From Bispira polyomma (lineage: Eukaryota), in the NCBI GenBank assembly GCA_965649765.1, contig OZ287748.1, forward strand, positions 91,574,001 through 91,638,000: a DNA stretch of 64,000 nucleotides, given 5' to 3'. This document shows, piece after piece, positions 12,625 to 25,700 of this stretch (positions within the stretch are counted from its first letter, which is position 1; the number at the start of each line of letters is the position of its first letter). Made by a program: the position numbers and the translations under genes. The notes beneath the pieces were generated by a model. It was not told the origin of the DNA. It worked only from the letters and a program-made list of their open reading frames with translations, and ran no database searches.

Positions 12625-14551
12625 TTATATATTAAGACTTAGATTAAAATAATGCAATGGAATGTTCAGCCAAGTACATGAGTCCCTAATAATGTTAATC
12701 TGACCCTTGTGAGGTGGGTTGTCAGAGAATAACCTTGATAACAAATCGGCTATAGTTTTCTTTTCCCCCTCAATATGTCTGATATCAATAGTGATTTCAT
12801 AAATTGCTGAAATTAACCAAATGTTTCTCAAACAGAGTGCCAAAAATTCATCCTTAGTTTTGTTGGACTTAACTACTAGGACTACAGCCATGTTGTCACA
12901 GTGTAAGAATTTGCGTTTATGGCTCCACTGCTCACCCCAGACCCTAAGCGCGAGAAGAATATTAAGCATTTCTATATGCACTATCGAAAGATTTCTGTTA
13001 TAAATCTTAAAAGATGGTGTGGCATACACTTGGTTAGCATATATTGCACCTAAGCCTGTGAGGCAGGCATTTATAAAAACCTCTTTGTCGTGATTTTGAA
13101 CTACAGGTTTAATATATGTTATACCGTTATATTCAGGGAGAAATTTTACAAACCAAAGTAAATCCGCTTTCATATCTTCTGAAACCTTATAACGTTTGGC
13201 CCCGCTGTTGTTTCTAAATGCCATCAACAATCTGTTGATGAAAACCCTGGCAGGCTTGTGTGTAAAGCAACTTGCTTCACAATCACTGGTCTCTCACCTC
13301 TGGGCGGCGTGAGTTCGAATCCCGTCGATGCCTATGTGGGAAAGGTGGTAGTTCCTTACTGTGAGCTGCTGGTTTCTCTACAGAACCTTGACCGACTGTA
13401 TGCAGTGTTTCTTCCAGCATTTCCAACTACCCGTCCTAATATAACCTTCTAAAAGGTACTAGAGTGGACGTTAAATATCCAAATTAAAATTCAAATTCAA
13501 ATGTAAAGCAACTTACCGAGTATCCACTGAAATTTAGTATGTGATATCCAATTTTTGTCAACTACTTCTACACAAAGTTCGAGAGTTTCTTTAATCTTAT
13601 CTTGTGTAATACTTATTGTGCCTTCATCAATGTCAATATCTATGCCAGGGCAGGTAATTCTTGAACTAGGTTTTGAAATTTTTTCCGGATTAAGAGGAAA
13701 ACCCAAACGGGTTACTAATTCATACAATTCATCAAACGCTTTATCTGCTTAGTCGGAAGTTGAGACGCCGACATAGTCATATATATAACAGAAGATCTGA
13801 TGGTTATTCTTGTTTAAGGTGTGAGCTATGGCCGAAGCTATGGCCAACCCAGCCGAACGCAACCGCAGGATCGATATACTTGTTATTCTCAAAATGAATG
13901 TCTAATTTCATGGTGTCGACTGGGTCCACCCTCAGGTTTCGAAACGCACGTGCCACGTCCAACTTGAAAATCTTGGGATTGTCTGTAATTCGAATCTGAT
14001 CCACAATGTCGTCTATAGTGGGGAATTTCAAGACAAAGTCAACCCCATCATTTCAGTTTGTCGACGTTACCATTCACCGAACCGTCTTGCGGATGTGAAA
14101 GGTTTAAAATAACATGCCTTTTGTCCTTATCTTTAGGTTTGGTGAGCAATGGGGAGCAGTGAAACAGTTTGCTGTCTATTGTTGGACTAGGGCCTAACAT
14201 AGCTCCACATTGTTTCTCTTTATGTAAATATTTCTCAATAGCTTCCTTATGTTGGAGGGCAGAATGATGATTAATTGTTTCCTTAACTTGTAAACTGTCA
14301 TGATTCTGTAGGGATAGGGGAAATCTGAATTTTATGTACTGGATGAGTAATTCATCTGGATAACCACTTAAAACCTCTTCCCAGGCCTGAACGTTTAAAC
14401 CTGAAACCAAAGGAATTCTAGCCCTCCTTTCGTTAGGACATTCCGTGTCCTTAATTATGTTTGCTATATCTGACATTTGTTGTGTAGACGTGATGTGTAC
14501 TGGAGCCTTGTCAGGGCCTATGAATTCAAAATTAGTTTCTGAAGTGGTCAA
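12625..14551 (-). pseudogene. DIRS reverse transcriptase / RNase H (disrupted, with SINE insertion)
   Basis: HCSPLLTKPK, VILNLSHP, FKLDVARAFRNLRVDP, LGFPLNPEK, LGKLLY; RNase H NACLTGLGA..IVHIEMLN..HCDNMAVV..ADLLSR. Confidence 0.92.
13274..13501 (+). mobile_element. 5'-truncated SINE family 1 copy inserted in DIRS pol
   Basis: B box GTTCGAATCC, TTCAAA tail, perfect 13-bp TSD TGTAAAGCAACTT (13261-13273 and 13502-13514). Removing it restores LGKLLYTHKPARVFINRLL. Confidence 0.95.
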
Positions 14552-15798
14552 GAAACCTCTAGTTTTATGGGGAAAGTTGACGTCCCTAACTGGGTAAGCA
14601 TGCCTAACGCTGTCATATGAATCAATTTTCTGAAAGTTTTCGAAGAAGTCGCACGACGCCGCCTTACCTTTGTGACAGGGTTTAACTGTCTCGACTATTG
14701 CTGACTACATCAACTTTATTAACATTCAAATCTGGTAACAATTTGTCAATAATACCTATTATGTGTTCGGTGTAATTAACATTAAATTTATCCTTACAAT
14801 TAATGTCTTTCTGGTAGTCGGGCCAGGCATTTCTAGCCAACCTTTTGTCAACCTTGTCAACAAATTTGACCCTATAATTGCTATCTCTGTGTATCAGTAG
14901 TTTGTGGGAATAAACCCAAGTCGTATAGCATTTAATGATGTTGATGCAACCTGCTGGTGGATGGTCACATTTGAAATATTGGTCACATTGACCTATGATA
15001 TCGTCCCCCAAAATATAAAATCCAGACAGTTCTGTCTGTTCACATTGTATGTGGGCCACAACTAAATTGTGGTTTCTTTCCGGTGTGTGATATAATCAAT
15101 TGGTCACAGAGACAACAATTTTTATATTAGGTCCCTCAGGGCTACTATACCCAAGCTTGTCGCTGTCAACATTATTTAAACTTATGTAATGACTTCTAAC
15201 CAGTTCCATTTACCTACACCAGCAGTATAATTATCCGTTTGGATATGCTTCTCATAATTCAAGTTCAGTTTATCTGTGTAAATACTGTGGTTAGAATTAT
15301 ATCCACCCCCACTGGAATACTTCTTCCCCTTTCCCATAGCAGTGTTTTGAAAACAACCCAAGTATTCGTCAGTATCATTACTGCACTCTGTGTTTGGAGA
15401 AAACCCCGACAGATCACTACTAGTGACTTTGTGCTTACAGAGCGTGATAGCCCCTTTCTCCTTTCTGACCCCATCATTATACTGCCAGAGCTCATTACCC
15501 ATTACATTAGTGATGTCATTATGACCACAATCTGAATCACAATTGGTGTCAAATACAGTGTTAACTAAATTCTCCAAGTTAGTACCTTTTACTACATGTT
15601 CATATTCATACTAGCTTTAAACATGTTATTTACTGCTTTGACTGGTAATTTATCAGCCGGTCCACATTTCAGTTCATTACATAATTTATTCTCATTTTCA
15701 ACTACTAATAATTGATCTACTAATTTTACTGCTTTACTTTTAAACTTAAGCCTACTGTTATTAACTTGAGTTCCTAGTCCTAGTAGTCGTCCTACATC

Positions 15799-17036
15799 CT
15801 AGCGGTGAGACACCTGAGCCGGATCCGCCTGCTTGGCTGAATTAGCTTTGTAACATTTAAACTCCGGATGGTATACGTCTTTGTGTAAAACAGTGGCACA
15901 ATGCCAACAGACATGCTTGAAACCAGCATGATCAGACTTATGTAAACACTTTCCGGAATTATACAATTTGCAGATCTTTGTAGCCCCATGTGTGCTGGGG
16001 GTCGAGCTAGTGGCCTTACAGTTTGCCAAAGCAAGATGCGAAGCACTGAGGCGATTGAGAGCCCACTGTGTGCTATCACCCCATGCCAATCTTCCTTCTT
16101 CCACGTCCGTCATACTTTTGGCCCAGGCTGTCCTAACGACCTCTCAGGGGAGTGAAGATGCGTTCCAAAGTGCCAAAATAACCTGTTGTATCATTTCTCT
16201 CGATCTGGCAGTGCAGTGCATTGGCCAATTGGCCAGACGCCCACTGTGGTAGAGTTAAATTGTCAAAAATTGGTCGCCTGGGTAAAGACCCGCCCGTCCA
16301 CCCCTCATTCGCCCATCTTACTTTGGGATTACTTGTGGGAATGTCAGTGGCGTTGACCCTCCCTGATTTTTGACATAAGGGGTTCTTACCTTGGCTGAAT
16401 GCCATCTGAGCTTGTAGGTTGTATTCGGCGAGTTTCTCATTCACCATGGCTTGAACGTCAGGGAGTGTCCGCAGTACATCGGCCTTCGGCACGATCCCGT
16501 CTAAGTTATAAGTTGAAGCACTGTGCAGCCAGGCTGCGTGTGCTGGTAGCTGAGCCGTGGTCCCTGCTGGCAACGCGATCTGAGGGGCAGTATGCTGTGA
16601 AACCATGCTGCCATGCACCTGTGTTAAGGCCCGTCGGGGCTACCATAGATAGTACTGGAATGCTGCCCGTTGAAGGTAATTGAGAAGCAGTACACTGCTG
16701 AGGCGCGTTTGAAGCCGACACCTGGATACCCGAGTCCCTTGCTTCTACATGGGCCAATCTTTGACCCAAGGCCGTGTTTGACTCTTCTAACCGTTTCAAT
16801 ATGGCCAACATCTGGGATGTACTATCGTCTCACACGGAAGGGTTGGTAACATGGATCTGAGTCGTTTCTGGGGATGCATGCCGTGAAGCCTGCGCGAACG
16901 GAATACTGAGGTCGGTAACTAAGCTGTCGTAAACATGGCTATTCTTACCCATTCTTTTAGTAGTGCTTTTCTTTGATGTCAACTTCTTAGCCTTGCCGTC
17001 GATGGCTGGAGTTTTAGGGGTACAAGTTCTCCCCAT
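15799..17036 (-). pseudogene. DIRS gag (frameshifted over several ORFs)
   Basis: Coiled coil MLAILKRLEESNTALGQRL; KSGRVN..VRWANEG..FDNLTLPQWASGQL; EEGRLAWGD; finger CKLYNSGKCLHKSDHAGFKHVCWHC. Confidence 0.85.
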
Positions 17037-18619
17037 ATTGATATAATGAACACATAAAATATATAGTATAATAAAAACAAACTAAAATACTAAAATCGAA
17101 GGAAGCAATCAGAGCCTTCATTCACTTGGCAAAATTTTTTCGTGTGTTCATCTGTTGCTTCCTTATTTCAATATGGATACCCAATGATACCTAAAGGTTA
17201 AACTTTTTGGGGGGAATGTCTCTGATTGGCTGCATGGTCACATGCTAGCCAAATAATAGTAATGCCCCTATTCGCTGGGGTTAAGGCAGATGTTAATATT
17301 TCTTTTGGGTGAACTAAATTAGCAGACCCCTATTGGGTCGTGCTATACATTGAATGTTAATCTGTGACTAATTTTACAATGTCGGTTCATTCGACGAAAA
17401 AGGAACAAAACATTTACAGTGAAGTTTGTTTACTAATTTTGAATATATTTCACTGCTAAATTTTGACATATGGTTATATATATATTTGGCAACATTATGT
17501 ACATAATGAGGAAAAATCTAATATATATATAAGTAAAAAAAATATGTAGTAATGCCAATATGGACAATTATTCTATTATAATCTAATTCCAATTTTAAAT
17601 CTACAGTGCAATCTAATTTTAAGCCACATAAAGGCTCACTGTTAAAATACCAACTTAAAAAGGATTGTGTTTTTACGAAACGGACTATTTTGACGTATTG
17701 CCGATGTAAGAAGAATTACAGATAGGGGTTAGTGAGCATATCTTAACATAATAGACTTTCTAATCAATCAATGTCCTTCTGTAGAATCACCTACTGTCCA
17801 AATGTGGACCACTCACATGACATTTCTCATGGGAAGATAAGCCTGTGCTTTAATGCCGACGTTAGCCGATTTTATAAGGGACAAAGGGAGAAGTTATTTT
17901 GTTAGACTTCAGCTGGTTTATGTTTCCATGCAGCCGATAAAAATATGTTTCACATTTCATTGGAATCATGTTTTAAAAAATATACATATTCCAAAAAGAA
18001 CATTCAAAAATCTGCTAGATGTGCCAATTTGTTTTCGCTAATCCACTAACATTTGAAACTTCTCCCAACTTCCGATGTCAACACTAAGTATTGGGATAAA
18101 AGGCATTGGCATCAGCCGACATATATCTGGGCGATGCCAGGGTAGCACAGATATCGAGTTAATATAGAACTGAATGACTGCTGTTTAGTCCAGAAACGCT
18201 GTCATTATTGAGTTAGTCACACAGACAAAGATTCACAAAAAAATATTTGAACTTGTCCCTTCATATTGTAGAAAACATATCCGTGTACCCCTGCTGTGCA
18301 GTAAACATTGAAAGAACATATAAGTGAAAGGGAAGGTTCTCAAAGTGGTGAAATATGTTATACATTAAACGATGATTGCTGCAAGCATTCAAAAAGTATC
18401 AACTACACATGCATTTTATACAAGTACTGGGAATGGTCATTATTACAACGTTCTCATTCAAATAGAATTATAGCAAATACATTATGAATACTTAGAAATA
18501 CCGATTAAGCGACATTTTAAGATGTTTTTCATTTAATCTTATTGCTACAAGTTTCAGTAATAGTTAAAAGGTCTTATGTAGACAATGTAATTCTACCTAC
18601 AGACAGCAGTAATTTGATA

Positions 18620-20130
18620 TATTAGTGGGGATCGTTAGGGACAAGATCCATTGAGTTTAGATGAGACGTCACTGAATATATTTGATCTCCACTGTTATGT
18701 AAGTACAATGTATAAACATTTAAAGGATGTTTGTCACGGGTGGCTTGTACGAGTTGGAACTGTTGCACAGTAAAAGGATAAGGGAAGGTGGGGGACCTAG
18801 ATGTAATAAACTGATGAATGCTTGATAGCTTTACTGAAGTCAATTTAGTTGAGGACTGATATATTACTAACTATGTATTAGTTTTTCACACCGTTTATGA
18901 AATATCTTTATATAAATATCCAATTGTAAAATTTCCATTTCAGTTTAAGCATGAATTGATTATCACAATCTTTGAAGTAATAAATTACCAATGTATATAT
19001 AAATTTCAGGGAAATGCTAAAAACATTGAGAAGAGTAAAACTTCATTCCAGCTACAGTTTGAGCTGTACAGGCTCTCTGAACACAAAATACAAAGAATTG
19101 TATTTCTTTACCAATACTAAGGTTAAAGAACATTACCATCTGATATCACATCTGAGACAGGCGCTAATACCCAAGGCCACAGCTGTGACGCCAGAATATC
19201 TAGGGACTTTGGGAAATATTTGACACTTTTACTGGCTTTGATTTTGTTCCCATACAATATCCCAGATGAGTGACATTTCTTTTGAAATGCAATCATGTAT
19301 TTTTTATTACTAAGAGTACCATCCTTATATTTTACTAACAACTCATCTAAATGATTATTTTATATTGGTTTTAATCCACATAAAATAATTAATTAAATAT
19401 ATACATGGAGTTTTGAACATAAACATCATTTATTTCGGTATAATTGCCCAGAGTTACTGTGCTACGATGACACATTTTCCAATATCAATGCAAAAATAGT
19501 ACTATAGAGAAGATGTCATATCGTAAAGTAAGTAATACTTTAAATTTAACCTTTAAATACTTATTACATTATTAAATAAACATTAATCAAGTCTTTTTGA
19601 GTTTCCGATATATGTTTGCACAATTTCGTAATAATTTATCAATGTACTATGTTCTCCTTACAAGAATTTCCACATTTTTCTTGTTTTTTGCAAAGTATTG
19701 CAGTATCTCTAGACATGACATGATCCTATCTTAACAGTGCAGGGTTGCTGGAGGTCATGAAAAACCTGGAAAACCAAAGTCATGGCATATTTATTACTTG
19801 ACTGCCGCAAAATCCCACCATAATGATGTCCACTATTCACTTGTTACATTCCAAAACCATACAACAATAAGCCAAAATCAAGCCAAGATGTGTGGAACAG
19901 ACGCTGTGGCACATAATAGGCTTAACTGAGCATCCCATGTGTAATTATTGCACTCGTATTGACACATTAGAACATCACTCTTCTCTGTGCAAATAAAAAG
20001 CAATTTTGGGAAAGACTTAAAACTTGGTTTGCTAGGGTATTGGACTTGACTTACAAACTGAATTGGACAATATGCATAGTTGTCCTTGGCATAGGATAGC
20101 AGGGGAAATTACTTGTATTTGTTTATATCC
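18620..20130 (+). pseudogene. Decayed TLR ectodomain (psi3)
   Basis: FTEVNLVED*YITN..YKYP..; EMLKTLRRVKLHSSYSLSC..FFTNTKVKE (ORF 19014); LQYL/DMT (~19700); ARVLDLT (~20030). Ends at the (TA)n tract and gap. Confidence 0.5.
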
Positions 20131-20133
20131 CTT

Positions 20134-20138
<5 letters not shown>

Positions 20139-20198
<60 letters not shown>

Positions 20199-20205
20199 AT
20201 ATATA
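20139..20205. repeat. (TA)n microsatellite
   Basis: About 30 TA units directly before the gap. Confidence 0.98.
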
Positions 20206-20215
20206 CACACAGTGC

Positions 20216-20518
20216 NNNNNNNNNNNNNNNNNNNNNNNNNNNNNNNNNNNNNNNNNNNNNNNNNNNNNNNNNNNNNNNNNNNNNNNNNNNNNNNNNNNNN
20301 NNNNNNNNNNNNNNNNNNNNNNNNNNNNNNNNNNNNNNNNNNNNNNNNNNNNNNNNNNNNNNNNNNNNNNNNNNNNNNNNNNNNNNNNNNNNNNNNNNNN
20401 NNNNNNNNNNNNNNNNNNNNNNNNNNNNNNNNNNNNNNNNNNNNNNNNNNNNNNNNNNNNNNNNNNNNNNNNNNNNNNNNNNNNNNNNNNNNNNNNNNNN
20501 NNNNNNNNNNNNNNNNNN
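20216..20518. other. Assembly gap (303 N)
   Basis: Run of N. Confidence 1.
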
Positions 20519-22479
20519 GATCAATTGTACATTTTGTTCCTAATTACTGTTGTGTAATTTATCTCTTGCAGGTCCCCACAATTACAGTCTTTTCAGATCA
20601 TGTTATTTTTCTCTGACGTAGCCTGAAAATACCCTTTTTGGGGGGTTTTGAATAACAATTGACAAATTTTAAAGTCTACAATATCATGAAATTAAGGAGG
20701 TTTGAGATTCTTAAACAATATTGGTGTGTGTGCTTTCACAGGGCTAAAACTAATTTAACATTCTTTATGCAATTACTTGATATCTTTAGAATAATCTTGA
20801 ATCCTTGAAGATGTGTTACACTGATTTGAGGACATATCTCAGCATAATATGCACATGATTGGCTTAAATGACACACATCCATCAATCAGACTATTTTCTT
20901 GGCATCTGTTCAATTGTGGGCCATTCAATTTGCATTTCATAAGTGTGTAACTGGTTCACACAGAGCAAGTAGACACTATTCATATAGCACTAAATGACTA
21001 CTTCTCAGTCGATAATGTTTGCTATTTATCAGGTAATGTTATAATCAATAACAACTATCACCATATGGTATAACTCTCTTCATAATATACCTTTCAAACT
21101 AAACCATTTACCCTTGTTAACCGTCAAAACAAATTTTAAAAACAAACAATATTTTATAATTTTGGTTAAAATTTGTTATCGCTGTTATCATTATATTGCT
21201 GTATGTGGAATAATATCAACATTGATGCAACATATCTCAATTATTTCAAATACCTGAAAAATTTACTCATATGGTTACAGCTTCTAATGCATTAAAATAG
21301 AACCTAATCTAGACCTTGTAGGGCTAAATATTCCCTAGAGGAGAACACAAGACGCCATAACATAATAACCAAACCCTTCTTGTTTTTCTGTAAAACAGAC
21401 TGTTACAGTTTTCATGAAAATTGCTTGTCTACTTTTAGAATAAATACTCATTTCTCCATTGTGATTGCAGGGAGAAGTGAACAAAAATAATTATTATAAC
21501 TGTTTTTGGTTAAAAACATTGAACATGAAGTAATTGGGTAGGCTCTCTTCCAAATGCTATGTACTTTGTACAAGACCCTGGGCATTAAATATCCCACTCC
21601 ACCCCCTTAAGATGCCACAAAATGGGTTTCAACATTGTAATTTTTTTAACGTACACTTTTTTGTCTGTTTGAAAACTATAGTAAAAAGTCGTTGTTTATT
21701 GGAAAACCTACCAAGGTATCGGCTAATTCGGTGCGCTATATATTTCTAGAAGCACCCATTCCTGGAAGTGTTCAATGTAAACCAGTCTGTCTTTGTCTCT
21801 GTTTTATTCTTTAGATAGTTCGCATTCAACACAACAGTGAAGATGTTTTGCATTTTTTCTGGCGGTAAATCCAGCCTAATTATCCAGATATGCCTTTCTT
21901 TTAATACCCTGATACTGCACATACTATGTTTAAAGTGCAGATAATGGGTGTTCATAACATCCAAGACATGTATTAAACATGTTAAAGTAACACTAGGCTG
22001 ACTTGATTACATAATACTTAGAATGAACCATTCTATGTTAGAATGAACCATTTGGACTGTCACAAAAAATGACACAATTGGACGGGGGTGTGACAGATTT
22101 CATGTATAGGGGGTGCAATTGAATTTTTTTGTTCACTGAAGTTGCAAGAAAATTTTTATTAAACATACATCTGTTTATTGGGGGAAAATATGATCGAGTA
22201 AAAGCAAATTAATCCATCATTCAGTTCAGCAAACAGACCTAATATCCAGATGGATTTGGCACGACTTATATAAAAAATGATAGATTTGGTGAAACTGCTT
22301 ATTACAGGGTCTTTTATATATCGTTCAGATGTGGATAGTCCATTTGCTGTGTCTTACATGTCGCCATTAAATTATTGCATTAAAATATTGGAGGAACCAA
22401 TAAACTTAGAGTCAATAAATCACAGCAAAAGCTAAAATGTTGTAGAGTATTTGTGTTTTTCATTTTTAACGTGCCTGAT

Positions 22480-22880
22480 TATTCCGATGCATCTCCTAAA
22501 GCACAACTGGGAGACAACTAAAGAGAGTAAGCTATTTTGAAGAGATGGGTTTTAAGTTTTCTCCTAAACCCAGAAAATGTGTCTAGTAATGTAATCTCAA
22601 CTGGGAGACTATTCCATAACAAGAGTGCAACGATTAACAAAGCCCCACATTCACCCCTTTTGGTGGGTTTAATGTAGGAAATAGAAAATCTCTTTTCCTT
22701 CTTGAGGTTACTAAAGGACAGACGAGTGGAAATGTAGAGCTATTGAAAGACAACAGCTTTGGAAGTAGTGACATGAATTTTGAACAGAATTCGATAATGA
22801 ATGGGGAAGCCAATATAATTTTTTAGGTACAGAGAGACATCAGAATGGATTCCTAGACGAAAAATGACTCTTGATTACAG
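22480..22880 (-). mobile_element. Old L2 LINE 3' fragment
   Basis: Minus-strand translation APLxWNSLPVEI..FSGFRRKLKTHLFKIA-like, matching the C-terminus of the L2 at 30021-31187. Confidence 0.75.
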
Positions 22881-23249
22881 AAATAGTTAAAAAGGTTAAA
22901 GGTATAGTTGAAGATATCCTAAACATTAGTAATGGCAGAAAATACAAACTTTGTATTTTCAATCTTCACAGTCATTTAGTTAGATCAAATAAGTAGGAAT
23001 TAGAAGGGCAGTCAAGGTGCCACAGTGCTAAAAATGTAAACAAAAACTCCTGGATATATGGAACAATGTCTGCCTTGACGCATGCCACATGCCTCCAACA
23101 AATGTCATATATATCAGTTTAATACCCTAGTGAAAAACAAACAAACTAACAGACACAGGAAAAACAGACCTCTTTGGCAGTTGTAATTATTGACATTTCA
23201 GTAGTATTAATTTCTTAATGGTGACGTAACCCTAAGCATAGATGCCTAC

Positions 23250-23870
23250 TTCAGAATTGGTGCACAACTATGTGAGCTTCACGCACACACAAAATATGCC
23301 ATAAAGGTGGTTGTATTTTCTGTAGCCTTAAATCGTCATTGACACATAGCTACTCGTTTTTGTTTTAGCAACCTCAAGAGAGAAAGAGCCTTTCTCTTCC
23401 TTCTGGTGAACACACCAAGTCAAAGTCAAAGGGTTTTACGTCCCGTTCAACAGCCAGGGTCATATTGGGACAGGTCCACAGCATTTGCCACTTGGGGGAG
23501 GCGAACCCACACAGAGGTGACAGCCTGTGATTAGATGCCAAACTTGCTAACCACTAGGCCACTGAGGACCTTATAAACCCACCAAGACGCCTAGATCTAA
23601 AGCTTTCCCAATCACTTCCCCTATGTTATGCAACAGTCTCAGCTCAGCATAGCTCATTAGAAACACTTTCTGGGTTAAGGAGAAAATTTAAAACCTATCT
23701 CTTGGGACTCGCATACCCCCACATCCTCTCCCTCTACACCCCACTTCCTTCCTTACGAGTTGGCTATTGTTTTGGACTTCTCATATGGCTGATTGATTCT
23801 GCTGTTGCTTTCTAAAAGATGCCTCACATCAAGAAGACAAGTTAAAATGCAAAATATCATACAATATGAT
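23250..23870 (+). mobile_element. Old L2 LINE 3' fragment interrupted by a SINE
   Basis: aggagaaaatttaaaacctatctc..gcatacccc (RRKxKTYL..AYP), followed by a 3' UTR and ATACA-type tail. Confidence 0.7.
23420..23572 (-). mobile_element. Short tRNA-derived SINE (family 2)
   Basis: Head TGGCCTAGTGGTTAGCAAG, B-box-like GGTTCG, 3' end TCCCAATATGACCCTGGCTGTTGAACGGGACGTAAAAC plus (TTTGAC)n; ~12-bp imperfect TSD AAC(A/C)CACCAAG. Confidence 0.88.
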
Positions 23871-24594
23871 ACACCTTCTGTCGTTACAGTACAACCGATT
23901 TTGTTATGCAATGCAAAAACCCCAATCCTTATGTCAAAACATAGACATCAGAGTACTAATTTAGTTATGTTTCTTGTCCATATCCATTGGGTGGTTTGGT
24001 TGTCTATGTTTGTCACCAAGATTACACACACAAAATACTCAATTCATTTACATAAAATTTGGTGAAAAGAGGGGAACGGGGCAAGGAAAAGCTATTAAAA
24101 TATTTGTGGTAGTAGAGTGGATCTTGTAATTCTTCATTTCTCGCATACTCTGGAACCTAGTCAGATGCACTTTACTCTGTACTTTCCCAGTGTCTACTCA
24201 TTTTATCCGACTAAAGGATTTGCTAAATATAGCATTAAGGATCATCTGCCATGATGATCTAGCTGGAATGGCTCGACAAAAGTACATTAGTTGTGCTCTT
24301 TTGGGAAATAGACAATTCTCTCATCTAATTTCAAGCTATTTGGATGCATGTGCGGTACTGGAGGCGGTAAAAAAAATTAGGTATATTTTATTTTTAGGTC
24401 CGAATAATATGTGCAAATAATACATTGTCTGGAAACATTAGCAGTTCAATTTTAAAAACACACAAGAAATACATTAAAAACACACTAAAACTAAATTTAT
24501 CTCAGTGCGGTTGATCTTATTTTTTCTGGACAAGATTATATAATTAACAGTAACACCCTTCCTGCCATTTGTCAGTTATTTATTAACAAGATTG

Positions 24595-24820
24595 TTATAA
24601 AGCGCAGCCAGATATTTTGAAAAGGGCACTGCCATCTATACAAAAATATGTAAGGCCTTCATGGAGTGGTTGGAAACACTCGACTCGGCCAAACTGAGGA
24701 GTCTGAGGGGTGTCAGATTTATTATTATCAGGCGCAGCTTGGGGCCTGATATATAGTGGCCATGTCAACGTTAATGAGTGCATTTAACACTTTGGTTTTT
24801 TAAAGGCAACTCTTGTTTTT
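24595..24820 (+). mobile_element. Dispersed ~200-bp Helentron/HINE-like element (also 32340-32480 +, 39137-39322 -, 41476-41683 +, 52375-52562 -)
   Basis: Shared core AAAGGG(T/C)GCCACCATCT..ATGTAAGGCCTT..TGGTTG and an AAACAAGAGTTGTCTTTT-type terminus in T-rich sites. The superfamily assignment is inference. Confidence 0.65.
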
Positions 24821-24829
24821 ACATGTAAA

Positions 24830-25700
24830 GGAAGGAACGTGAGTGAAGCCTAAATAAATTACATTAAAATAACATAAAAAACCTTTTCAGTCTGGTAATA
24901 TTCACAAGGGTGATACACTGAGAAGCAAATGTCATTGATCTTTTTGTCTATGATAAAATAAATGAGTTTGCTTGCAATAGAGCCCCTAGGAAGCAATTTA
25001 TTGATAATGTGAAATAAATTCACATCTCAAAAGGTAACTTTTATTAATTATGGTGAAACATGTCTTTGTTGGATCTTGTTCACAAACAAGGTACCAAACA
25101 TAAATCAAATAAAAACATTTGCCTCCTCATTAAACATCTTTGAAATTACATACATTTTATAGTTATATAAAAAATATCTTGAACTGAGTTACGACTTTCT
25201 TTATTAACATAATTTGATAAGCATTATTATACAATATGATATAGTATATATTATTTTTTACTAGATCCTTTTATTGACTTGCTTTAAAATGACAGATTGC
25301 CACCTTCCTGAAATATTTAGGGCAAATATTTGTACAAAAATACTTACTGTTATAGTCATACCAGAAAATAATATAGACATTTCGTCCTTTCTAAATTAAT
25401 AATTTGACTTAGATACGTTTGTACTAAACACTTTTAGTGACTCCCTAGCCAAGTTAAACGTAACTCAATATAAACACAGACTGATTATTGTTGAGTCCTT
25501 TTTTTCCAACCTAAGTCAGCTTAGTGGAGGTGGTAGTCCAAAAAATAAACTTACATCACTTTAATGATTATCAGGAGGTCCTGTGCATGTAGACAGTATA
25601 AAACATGGGCATATATAATCCAAGAATGATTAAAAGTTACAATATCAGACAACATGGTACAGTTTTTCAATGTTTAAAGATAAAATTACAGGCTTGCCAT
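24830..25700 (+). pseudogene. Decayed TLR C-terminal part: LRRCT-TM-TIR (psi5)
   Basis: VIDL..NEFACNR..QFIDNVK, QKVTFINYGETCLC (LRRCT, 24930-25070); KYLYKNTYCYS..RHFVLSKL (TIR box1-like, ~25325-25400). Confidence 0.5.

Larger units (their letters stand above)
12236..17400 (-). mobile_element. Tyrosine-recombinase retrotransposon (DIRS order, Ngaro-like gag-RT/RH-YR layout), 3'-truncated and degenerate
   Basis: gag with Cys/His finger, RT, RNase H and the start of YR in order on the minus strand. No methyltransferase domain seen. The 5' boundary is approximate. Confidence 0.9.
9886..18500 (+). repeat. Tandem segmental duplication, unit 2 (contains the DIRS element)
   Basis: Colinear similarity to unit 1 at 9887-12200 and 17610-18510. 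Confidence 0.88.
20570..24480 (+). pseudogene. Decayed TLR with LRRs and TIR (psi4), interrupted by L2, SINE and Helentron-like pieces
   Basis: GGFE*QLTNFKV, LNNIGVCAFTGLKLI (~20710); LKMPQNGFQHC..F*KHPFLEVFNV (21600-21780); TIR boxes FLAYSGT*SD and LRIICHDDLAG..YISCAL..LISSYLDAC (24135-24365). Confidence 0.72.

Noticed and set aside
20063-20616. Long ORFs in the ORF track
   Set aside because: Artefacts of the (TA)n tract and N run.
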